DNA of 64,000 nucleotides from Alphaproteobacteria bacterium (GTDB lineage Bacteria; Pseudomonadota; Alphaproteobacteria; CAAHEQ01; UBA3637): NCBI GenBank assembly GCA_017559525.1, contig JAFYRI010000012.1, positions 15,164 to 79,163 of the forward strand, read 5' to 3'. Shown piece by piece: positions 56,330 to 64,000 of this stretch (position 1 is its first letter; each line of letters starts with the position of its first letter). The notes under the pieces were generated by a model. It saw only the letters and a program-made list of their open reading frames with translations, ran no database searches and was not told where the DNA came from. The position numbers and the translations under genes were made by a program.

Positions 56330-57847
56330 TTAATAAAAAATTTGTGTTCCAGAAAGAGTAGCAGAAGCTGTTCCAGTATTATTTGTTTCATTTGGGCTAA
56401 CTTGAACATTTTCAATTGAAACTTCTCTGTTGGAATTTGGTGCCATTATGGATTGGTCATTAATAATTAAAGTGTCGGCACTGTAGTTAATTTTAAAAGT
56501 ATCAACTGTTTGACCTTCATCATTAATAGTACGTTTTTGCATATCTATAAATGGTCTCAAAAATTCTAACATGCCCGCTTTTTGAATGCAAGCAGGTGGC
56601 ATTGGTGTATCAGATGTTATATTTTCTAATGCTTTTTCGCATGCTTCTTTATCTGCAGGTTGGGGGGTTGGAGACAGACCATCAAAGTTTGTAATGTTTA
56701 AATTGAAATCAGCACTTAATGCTGGATTTGTATATTTAATTATACCATCAATAGAAAAAGAACCATTGGGGAATGTAATGACAAAGTCATCTATTTTTAT
56801 CCTTATTTTTTGAGATAAGGTATCATAAAAATTGATTAATTGTTTTTCTACTTCGGCAGCTTCTGGAGATTGGATGCTGTCTAACTCATCATATTTTTCT
56901 GATAATTCCGTATAAGATATAATATCGTTTTTTGTTAATCCTTCTAGGGATATATTTGCAGTGATATTTTGAGGTAAAGTAGGCATAGATGATAATTTTA
57001 TATCGGAAATTCGCATAGATAATTTTATAGTATCATCTAATGTAGTTGTTCCTTCAATAGTTGCACTAAACGGGTCAGTTCCAATAAGAGGAGAGGTTAC
57101 TGAAAATGTTGGTATCATCAATGATGAAGTTGATTTTTGAGCGGTCAAAGCTTGCATTGTTTCAGAGCTTGTTTGATCTGCTGCTATTATTTGAGTGTTT
57201 TCCATTATCTTTGGAATATTTAATTCAAATAAAGGTGTTTTAATATTAAGTCCCATTAAATCTGTTACAGAAGCAATATCTATTTTATTATTTTGAGGGG
57301 CGACTAGTGAATCAGATATAATATTATTTATTGTTAATGAAAAATCAGTGTCTTTTATAATAATATCACTTACTTTTAAAGAGGTGCTTGTTGTTAAAGA
57401 TAAATCGGGTACCCAAAAGACAGTTTCTGAGTATTCATCCATTGTAATTTGTGGATTAGGAAAGTTTACTCGGATAAACTCAGCCCATCTAATCCAAGAT
57501 TCAGTTGTGATTTTATATTGTTTCATTCCATTAAAATCGGCAACACGGATCATTTTTAATTCATGTTTTGGGGTTTCAGGATCCTTGGGATTATCAAATG
57601 TGATAATGAAATCATTGCCATCTTCTTTAACATCTACACGCAATAATTCATCTAAATTTTTGTAGTATAAAAATGCTTCAGCTGCCGATAGAATTTGTTC
57701 CTCTGCTAATGAGTACATTTTTGCATTTGATGAATTTGATATTTGGGGAGACTTAATAGATGCAATAGGAGAGTGATATGCTCCCCAGAAAGTTATTCCA
57801 CCTAATAAAATGGATGCTCCAACACAGGCTAATAAAATTTTTTTCAT
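56330..57847 (-). CDS. secreted Ser/Thr-rich protein, unknown function
   Basis: AGGAGG RBS. Signal peptide. 505 aa. Low complexity. No family recognised. Confidence 0.5.
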   Translation of the reverse strand: MKKILLACVGASILLGGITFWGAYHSPIASIKSPQISNSSNAKMYSLAEEQILSAAEAFLYYKNLDELLRVDVKEDGNDFIITFDNPKDPETPKHELKMIRVADFNGMKQYKITTESWIRWAEFIRVNFPNPQITMDEYSETVFWVPDLSLTTSTSLKVSDIIIKDTDFSLTINNIISDSLVAPQNNKIDIASVTDLMGLNIKTPLFELNIPKIMENTQIIAADQTSSETMQALTAQKSTSSLMIPTFSVTSPLIGTDPFSATIEGTTTLDDTIKLSMRISDIKLSSMPTLPQNITANISLEGLTKNDIISYTELSEKYDELDSIQSPEAAEVEKQLINFYDTLSQKIRIKIDDFVITFPNGSFSIDGIIKYTNPALSADFNLNITNFDGLSPTPQPADKEACEKALENITSDTPMPPACIQKAGMLEFLRPFIDMQKRTINDEGQTVDTFKINYSADTLIINDQSIMAPNSNREVSIENVQVSPNETNNTGTASATLSGTQIFY

Positions 57848-57856
57848 TGTTCCTCC

Positions 57857-58096
57857 TTATTGTGATATATCATTTGCTTGTTCTTCATCAACAACAAAAA
57901 CATCTTCCGGGTCAGGTAAGATATCAGTAGGGGTTATTTCTTCGGAATAATCAGCAACAGGTAAAGAAGGGGTAATATTTTCTGTTTTAGATTGCGGATG
58001 TTTTTGTTGTGTCACAGGCGGTGTTTTTTGTGACAACAAAATTCCGATGCTAATTCCAAAGATTAAAATTATCAAAAGAACAAATATGCGTTTCAT
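57857..58096 (-). CDS. small membrane-anchored protein
   Basis: RBS AAAGGAAAA. N-terminal TM helix. Acidic C-terminus. Confidence 0.4.
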   Translation of the reverse strand: MKRIFVLLIILIFGISIGILLSQKTPPVTQQKHPQSKTENITPSLPVADYSEEITPTDILPDPEDVFVVDEEQANDISQ

Positions 58097-58208
58097 TTTA
58101 TTTTCCTTTAAGGTTTTATCCTCATTCTGAACGAATTATACAACTTTAAAAATGATAAAATCAAGGTTTTTCTTTTAATTTTAAAAAAAATATGCTATAG
58201 TTTCCCTT

Positions 58209-58901
58209 ATGAAGTGGAAAAAGTTTGCTTTTGAAGTGGTTGACAGTACAAATAAAGTGGCCGTTGATTATTCTATTGGTTCGGTTATTGTGGCAGAAAC
58301 TCAAACAAATGGACGTGGTCGATACGGTCATACTTGGGTGTCGGATAAAGGCAATTTGTATTTGTCGGCGGTATTAAAAACATACGGAACACAAACGCCT
58401 TTGTTGGCTTTTGTTATTGCGGTTGCTGTTGCTGAAACATTGAGTGAATTTGGTGTTGTTGTCCAATTGAAATGGCCTAATGATGTTTTATTAGATGGTG
58501 GAAAGCTAGCTGGTATTTTATTGGAGCAATCAGATGAAAAATTGATAGTTGGTATTGGTATTAATTGTGTGTCTTGTCCTGTTGGATTACCATATCCGGC
58601 TGTTCACTTAAATGGCAAAGTATCAATTGTTGAATTACAAACTTTAATTTTGCAACAATTGGATAAATGGATCTGTTTATTTGAAAAAAATGGCTTTTTG
58701 TCCATTTATCATAAGTGGAAAGAATACGCTATAGGCATCGGAAAAAACATTGTGGTTAGATTGCCGAATGAAACGTTAACAGGGATTTTTAGGGATTTAA
58801 GCGAATCCGGCGCTTTGATATTGGAATTACCGGATAATACAGTTAAATATGTGACGGCAGGTGTCGTCTTTTTTGAAAATGAAAGGAATGAATATGAATG
58901 A
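58209..58901 (+). CDS. birA: biotin--[acetyl-CoA-carboxylase] ligase (group I, no DNA-binding domain)
   Basis: QTNGRGRYGHTWVS (GRGRxGxxW BPL motif). KWPNDVLLDGGKLAGIL. Confidence 0.8.
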   Translation: MKWKKFAFEVVDSTNKVAVDYSIGSVIVAETQTNGRGRYGHTWVSDKGNLYLSAVLKTYGTQTPLLAFVIAVAVAETLSEFGVVVQLKWPNDVLLDGGKLAGILLEQSDEKLIVGIGINCVSCPVGLPYPAVHLNGKVSIVELQTLILQQLDKWICLFEKNGFLSIYHKWKEYAIGIGKNIVVRLPNETLTGIFRDLSESGALILELPDNTVKYVTAGVVFFENERNEYE

Positions 58902-60579
58902 TATTCACAATTTGGGTGAGGACTTAATTATTCCACCCGAAAAGTTAGTTTTTATACCGCTTGGCGGTGCATCAGAAATTGGGATGAACTTTTTTGCCTA
59001 TGGGTACCAAGGTAAATGGTTAATTGTTGATTGTGGTATTGGTTTTCCAGGTGATGGATTACCAGGTGTCGATGTAATGTTACCAGACCCGACTTTCTTA
59101 AAAGATAAGAAGAAAAACATAGTTGGTTTGGTTGTTACCCATGCTCATGAAGACCATATCGGTGGCATCAGTTACTTGTGGCGTGATTTATTGTGCCCAA
59201 TTTATGTAACGCCTTTTGCTGGTGAATTATTGGAAGGAAAACTCAATGAAGCCGGTCTTTTAGGGCGTGCAACAGTAAATGTTGTTGAGCAAGGCTCTGT
59301 CATTGATTTGTATCCATTTGAAGTGGAATTTATCACAACAACTCACTCTTTGCCGGAACCAAATGCATTAGCTATTCGTACAAAGGCTGGTACAGTTATA
59401 CATACAGGCGATTGGAAATTTGATTCTTGCCCATTGATTGGCGATGAAATGGATATTAAACGCTTGAAAGAAATTGGAAAAGAGGGCGTTTTGGCTCTAG
59501 TTTGCGATTCCACAAACGTTTTATCAACACCATCTGATGCAACGGAAGAAGATGTACGTAAAACATTAACGAACCTAATTGGTCAATACCCTAATCGTCA
59601 AATAGCGATTGGTTGTTTTGCTTCCAATGTGGCTCGTGTAGAAAGCATTTATCATGCCGCTGCGGCCAATGGCCGAGAAGTGTGTTTAATGGGGCGTTCT
59701 TTGTGGCGTATTGATGCCGCAGCTCGTGCTACAGGTTATTTCAAAGATATTCCAGAATTTTTATCGGAAGCTGAGGCTTTGGAACGTCCGGTTGGCAGTG
59801 TGTTGTATATCTGCACAGGGTCACAAGGCGAACCGTTTTCAGCGTTGACAAATTTGGCTGCCATTACACCGCAAAAGAATTCAGTATATTTTGGACCGGA
59901 TGATGTGGTTATTTTCTCCTCTCGTGTGATTCCGGGGAATGAAAAATCTATTGCACTTTTGCAAAAACGCTTGAAATCAAAAGGCATTAAAATTATTACG
60001 GATAAAGAGGCTTTAGTTCATGTTTCTGGTCACTATGCTGGTCCGGAATTAGAAAAAATGTATCAAATTATTAAACCCAAAATTGCATTGCCTGTTCATG
60101 GTGAAGCAATGGAATTAACTGGTCATGAAGAAATGGCTAAAAAAATGGGAACGGAATTTGCCTTTGCGTTGGAAAATGGTGAAGTTATTGCACTTGATGA
60201 TACTCCGCAAATTTTAGGTGAAGTTTATGCCGGTATTTTAGCAGTAGATGGAAAACGTATCATTCCACTTGATGCCGAAGTCATTAAGAAACGTCGTAAG
60301 ATGATGGAAGGTGGCTCATTGGTGGCTACAATTGTGGTGGATAAAACAGGGCAAATTCTCGGTGAACCACAATTTTCCTCTTTCGGGTTGCTTACGGCCG
60401 ATGCCGAACATATTTCTCAGTTGGCTGATGCCGTTAAGCAAAGTATTACCGATTTACCGGCCGATCAAAAAGAAAGAGATGATTTGATTGATAATGCCGC
60501 TCGTACAGCAATTCGTAAGTTTTTAAATGAACATTACGGTAAAAAGCCTTTGATTGAAATCCACCTTGTTCGGATTTAA
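58888..60579 (+). CDS. rnj: ribonuclease J
   Basis: Metallo-beta-lactamase HAHEDHIGG. Beta-CASP domain. RNase J C-terminal domain. About 560 aa. Confidence 0.85.
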   Translation: MNMNDIHNLGEDLIIPPEKLVFIPLGGASEIGMNFFAYGYQGKWLIVDCGIGFPGDGLPGVDVMLPDPTFLKDKKKNIVGLVVTHAHEDHIGGISYLWRDLLCPIYVTPFAGELLEGKLNEAGLLGRATVNVVEQGSVIDLYPFEVEFITTTHSLPEPNALAIRTKAGTVIHTGDWKFDSCPLIGDEMDIKRLKEIGKEGVLALVCDSTNVLSTPSDATEEDVRKTLTNLIGQYPNRQIAIGCFASNVARVESIYHAAAANGREVCLMGRSLWRIDAAARATGYFKDIPEFLSEAEALERPVGSVLYICTGSQGEPFSALTNLAAITPQKNSVYFGPDDVVIFSSRVIPGNEKSIALLQKRLKSKGIKIITDKEALVHVSGHYAGPELEKMYQIIKPKIALPVHGEAMELTGHEEMAKKMGTEFAFALENGEVIALDDTPQILGEVYAGILAVDGKRIIPLDAEVIKKRRKMMEGGSLVATIVVDKTGQILGEPQFSSFGLLTADAEHISQLADAVKQSITDLPADQKERDDLIDNAARTAIRKFLNEHYGKKPLIEIHLVRI

Positions 60580-60591
60580 TGAATGATATAA

Positions 60592-60624
60592 ATATCCCCC
60601 TCATCCGAGGGGGATATATTTTTA
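60592..60624. terminator. bidirectional terminator (extended CCCCTCATCCGAGGGG palindrome)
   Basis: ATATCCCCCTCATCCGAGGGGGATAT hairpin plus a T-run between convergent rnj and the pilin-lectin gene. Confidence 0.55.
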
Positions 60625-61737
60625 TTATTTACATAAAGCTAGACCAGCAGAATGAATGCTGTTCTTATTATAAGAGCGAATTGAATCATAACATGGATTT
60701 ATTGCTTTTTTTTGTTCAGATGTATCACCATTTGTTGATGTCCAAAATTCTAATGATAGTCCAGCGTTACACAATGCATTTTTTACTTCTTCTTTGTTTA
60801 GATCGTCAAGCGATTGCATTTCTTTATTGATGCGTTTGCAAGCATTTTCAGCATCCCACCAACTAACAAAAGTATTAGATATATACCATTTTTCCTCTAT
60901 TCCATTAATAATAATGTTTTTTCTGACAAAATCTAAAGGTACACACGCTCCGAATTCATTATTTGGAAACGCTTCTGTTTTGCTTGTATTCGGACTAGCA
61001 CAATATTCTGATTGTGAACATTTATCATTTGTTGTACATCCTGTAGGGATACATTCTCCCCACCAACAAAATCCAGCACCGTTATTACATGAAGAATTAT
61101 TAATAGATCCATAATAGCATCTATGTCCAGAATGACATCCACCACATTCTCCACATTCTGCTGCGGTATTGCATGTTTTACCTTCGTAACTGTAGATAGG
61201 TAAGCTTCCTTTAAAACACCATCCATTATCGCAATAGTTGTCCTCACCACAATCTGCATCTGTTTTACATTCAGGAAGAATAAAATTTGTTTCAAAGTAA
61301 AATTCCATGGTATTGTTATTAGATTCATCGCATGGATCTTTTTCGATATCTGATGTATAACTTTCGTTGCCAACATAAACTGTAACAATAGATTTTAGTC
61401 CATCACCTATTATTTTACAGACTTCGCTTGGAATGCCACTGAGATGAATTCCGTATTGTGTTTCATCATCTTGATTTGGAGCAATTTCAAAAGAGTAATC
61501 CATGGATGTTTTATTTCCCCATTCGGATAAATCGATAACTTCTCTACCTTGACTAATTTGTGTAATCATATCAATGCCGATTAACATTACATCATTAATT
61601 GTTTTGTTTGCGCGGTATTTATTCATGGCATAGCTATATCCTGTGATAGCTCCAACAGATAACACGCCGATAATCGCCAATGTACCCAACATTTCTGTCA
61701 TAGAGCGACCGGATTGTGATATTTTATTTTGTTTCAT
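60625..61737 (-). CDS. type IV pilin-like protein fused to Cys-rich modules and a C-type-lectin-like domain (paralog of 31034..32194)
   Basis: N-terminus SQSG/RSMTEMLGTLAIIGVLSVGAITGYSY. Cys-rich middle. C-terminus WWDAENAC...EFWTST...ALCK. Confidence 0.55.
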   Translation of the reverse strand: MKQNKISQSGRSMTEMLGTLAIIGVLSVGAITGYSYAMNKYRANKTINDVMLIGIDMITQISQGREVIDLSEWGNKTSMDYSFEIAPNQDDETQYGIHLSGIPSEVCKIIGDGLKSIVTVYVGNESYTSDIEKDPCDESNNNTMEFYFETNFILPECKTDADCGEDNYCDNGWCFKGSLPIYSYEGKTCNTAAECGECGGCHSGHRCYYGSINNSSCNNGAGFCWWGECIPTGCTTNDKCSQSEYCASPNTSKTEAFPNNEFGACVPLDFVRKNIIINGIEEKWYISNTFVSWWDAENACKRINKEMQSLDDLNKEEVKNALCNAGLSLEFWTSTNGDTSEQKKAINPCYDSIRSYNKNSIHSAGLALCK

Positions 61738-61835
61738 TTTTTATTCCTTTATTTATATATTGTGAAATATTTTTTTTATGATGGATACAAAAAACTTTTC
61801 CTTATTTTTTTGAGGGATATTTTGTATTTAAAAAT

Positions 61836-62444
61836 TTAATTGAATTGACTGATTAATCGTTCAATTACAATAGTTAGATTTGTTGTAAAAATTTTAATTG
61901 CAATAGCAAGCAATATGACGCCAAACAATTTTTGAATCATAATTAAAATGCTTTTGCTGACCACTTTTTCGATTCGTTTTGAGGCAACTAAAACACCATA
62001 GATAACAACAACGTTTGCGGCTAATGCAATTAAAATATTAATATCATGATATTGTGCTCGAATGGATAATAGTGTTGTTAATACACCAGAACCAGCTAGG
62101 GTAGGGAACACAACTGGCATGAAGGTAGCATCTTTTTCTGCTTCAGATCCTTCTTTAAAAAATTCAGTGTTTAAAATCATTTCTAAAGCAATTAAAAAGA
62201 TAACAATAGAACCAGCTACAGCAAAGGTAGAAATATCCAATCCAAACAATTTTAAGAAAGCTTCTCCAATATAGAAAAAACTTAAAAACATGATGAAGGA
62301 TAAAATTGCTCCTCGTTTAGGGTTTATTTCCTTTCCCTTGTTATTAAGTCGTACTAATAAGGGGAGTGCTCCAACAGCATCAATAATTGCAAATAAAACG
62401 ATAAAAGCACTGGCGCATTGTTGTAAATCAAAAGAACTAAACAT
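61836..62444 (-). CDS. MarC family (UPF0056) integral membrane protein
   Basis: Six TM helices with the MarC-family pattern. AAGGAG RBS. Confidence 0.75.
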   Translation of the reverse strand: MFSSFDLQQCASAFIVLFAIIDAVGALPLLVRLNNKGKEINPKRGAILSFIMFLSFFYIGEAFLKLFGLDISTFAVAGSIVIFLIALEMILNTEFFKEGSEAEKDATFMPVVFPTLAGSGVLTTLLSIRAQYHDINILIALAANVVVIYGVLVASKRIEKVVSKSILIMIQKLFGVILLAIAIKIFTTNLTIVIERLISQFN

Positions 62445-62593
62445 GAAAATCTCCTTATTCTTTTAGGTAATAATACGCAATCATAATACGAAAAAAAATA
62501 AACGCAAGTAAAATTATTTTGTTTTGAAAAATAAGTCTTGATTTTTGATAAAAAACCTTTTAATGTATGGATAAACATTGATGAAAGGAAAAA

Positions 62594-63046
62594 ATGATGA
62601 GAACATTATTTTGTTTTTTATTAGTTGCTTGTTTGAGTGTTGCGGGATGTAGTTATGAACGGTTAGAGCCATCTTTTAAATCTGAAGATACATTTGCAAC
62701 AGATGGTACAATGCAATCAACACCGAATTTTGCTCAGTTTCGTGAAATACCTGTTCCTGAAAAAGCAACAATGGATTTAAAAAAGACAATGCTGTTCGGG
62801 AATGATCCTTTGATTGGTCGTTTGGCCTTTTCTGCACCATATGCCCAATCTAATTTATTTGATTTTTATATGCAAGAAATGCCTAAATTTGGATGGCGAG
62901 AAATTACAGTTATTCGTGCGGCGAATAGTTTTTTGACTTTCTCTAAAGGAAATCGTGTTGCAACTATACAATTGTCCACAACAGCCGTTAGTGGTAGTGA
63001 TGTGATTTTTGATATTTCTATTGGTAAAAGTTTGCAGGCTGAGTAA
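62594..63046 (+). CDS. lipoprotein, unknown function
   Basis: Lipobox SVAGCSY. RBS GAAAGGAAAAAA. Confidence 0.5.
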   Translation: MMRTLFCFLLVACLSVAGCSYERLEPSFKSEDTFATDGTMQSTPNFAQFREIPVPEKATMDLKKTMLFGNDPLIGRLAFSAPYAQSNLFDFYMQEMPKFGWREITVIRAANSFLTFSKGNRVATIQLSTTAVSGSDVIFDISIGKSLQAE

Positions 63047-63051
63047 TTCCT

Positions 63052-63897
63052 ATGCCAAATAAAAGTGTAGTTAGTCGTATTCAAAATCAGATCGCATCGA
63101 TTGATGCGGAGATATTGAGTTTGCTTGTTAGACGATTTGAGGCTGTTAAAGCCTTATCCGTTCAAGAAAATATCCCAGAGGATGAAATCTCCTATCGCCC
63201 GGATAGAGAGGCTAAGGTAATGCGCAACGCCATTGAACAAAATAATGAAATGTTGCCAATACCATCTCTGTCTAAAATTATGCGAGAAATTATTTCCATT
63301 GAACAACAAATTCACAAAGCATTTAATGTGGCTGTTTATGTGAAAGAACAGTCGCAAGATATGTTGGAGTTGTCTAAAGAACACTTTGGAACAAACTGCC
63401 GTTATATTCCTTGTTTGTCATTGTCTCAAACTGTTCAAAAAGTGGATTCAGACGAAGCCGGTGTCGCTATTTTGCCACTATTTGATGGAGCAGAAGAATC
63501 GTGGTGGACAACATTATCGTGTGGTTCACATGAAACTTTAAAAATTGTAGCCAAATTGCCGTTTTTAAAGAAAAATACAACATCCGAAAAAGAAGCGTAT
63601 GTAATTGGTCGTGCGCCATTTTTACCAACCGGAAATGATAGAACTTTGTTTGCTATTGAAATGAGTTCTCAAACCAGTATTGCATCACTAAAATCATTAT
63701 TAGAAGAAGTTGGGTTAACAGTGCATCAAGTATGGCCGGCCTATCATTTGTCACGCATTTATTTATTTGCTGTAGAATTGGATGGTTATATTACACCTGA
63801 TGATAAACGTATTACAGCTTTTAAAAAGGCTCAAGAAAAAAATGTCTTTTTGATGCGTCCTATCGGAGGGTACGCTATGCAGGAAAATTTGGGGTAG
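63052..63897 (+). CDS. chorismate mutase domain protein with a divergent prephenate-dehydratase-like C-terminal region (PheA-like, short)
   Basis: N-terminal AroQ-type motif IQNQIASIDAEILSLLVRRFEAVKAL. C-terminal part is PDT/ACT-like but lacks the TKIESRP motif. 281 aa. Confidence 0.45.
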   Translation: MPNKSVVSRIQNQIASIDAEILSLLVRRFEAVKALSVQENIPEDEISYRPDREAKVMRNAIEQNNEMLPIPSLSKIMREIISIEQQIHKAFNVAVYVKEQSQDMLELSKEHFGTNCRYIPCLSLSQTVQKVDSDEAGVAILPLFDGAEESWWTTLSCGSHETLKIVAKLPFLKKNTTSEKEAYVIGRAPFLPTGNDRTLFAIEMSSQTSIASLKSLLEEVGLTVHQVWPAYHLSRIYLFAVELDGYITPDDKRITAFKKAQEKNVFLMRPIGGYAMQENLG

Positions 63898-63900
63898 AAA

Positions 63901-64000
63901 TATGGGAATGCTCAGGGATTTATTCGGCTCAAAAAAACGTAATTCACCAGATGTATTGGGGCGATATCCTGAGTATATGCAGGTACGGGCTTTACCAGAA
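63901..64000 (+). CDS. 5' end of an ORF running off the window
   Basis: ATG at 63901 (MGMLRDLFGSKKRNSPDV...) with an upstream GGGG. Not interpretable. Confidence 0.2.

Overview
This 64-kb window comes from a low-GC (about 35%) diderm bacterium with strong Shine-Dalgarno sites and TTGACA/TATAAT-type promoters. The lineage is uncertain. RNase J, an SRP RNA gene directly upstream of dnaX and an alpha2-type GlyRS argue against Gammaproteobacteria, even though EndA-, UshA- and YgiW-like genes are present. The housekeeping backbone is uvrA (partial), rpsU, glyQS, tRNA-Thr(UGU), tRNA-Pro(UGG), rnpB, murD, pepN, fabI, trpS, oadGAB, ssb, gyrA, a cyclophilin, msrAB, nfo, an rRNA m5C methyltransferase, argS, ffs, dnaX, sufE, birA and rnj. 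The accessory content worth a second look is listed below. (1) Five tightly packed tandem GNAT acetyltransferase paralogs. (2) tRNA-Thr is followed by a 192-bp unit repeated 2.3 times in tandem, each copy starting with the tRNA 3' end plus its terminator (att-like). A large HD-domain/coiled-coil protein with an intragenic 66-bp tandem repeat sits next to it and is a candidate effector. (3) A roughly 2-kb very AT-rich islet at tRNA-Pro is bounded by a degenerate copy of the tRNA 3' end and carries one gene for a PH-domain-like membrane protein. (4) A nucleic-acid scavenging cluster holds a secreted endonuclease I, an ADP-ribosylglycohydrolase-family protein and a lipoprotein 5'-nucleotidase. 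(5) Three paralogous proteins have a canonical type IV prepilin N-terminus fused to Cys-rich modules, and two of them also carry a C-type-lectin-like C-terminal domain. (6) murD lies outside any dcw cluster and is translationally coupled to a PP-loop ATPase, a MurD2/MurL-like arrangement. (7) Two tandem secreted GH24-like lysozymes carry a conserved Asp-to-Cys replacement at a catalytic position and poly-Arg tails. (8) A secreted protein contains 8-9 Cys-rich CP.DKP / CPNR modules. (9) An AaxB/AaxC-like pair encodes a pyruvoyl arginine decarboxylase and an arginine:agmatine antiporter. No CRISPR arrays, transposases or integrases were found.
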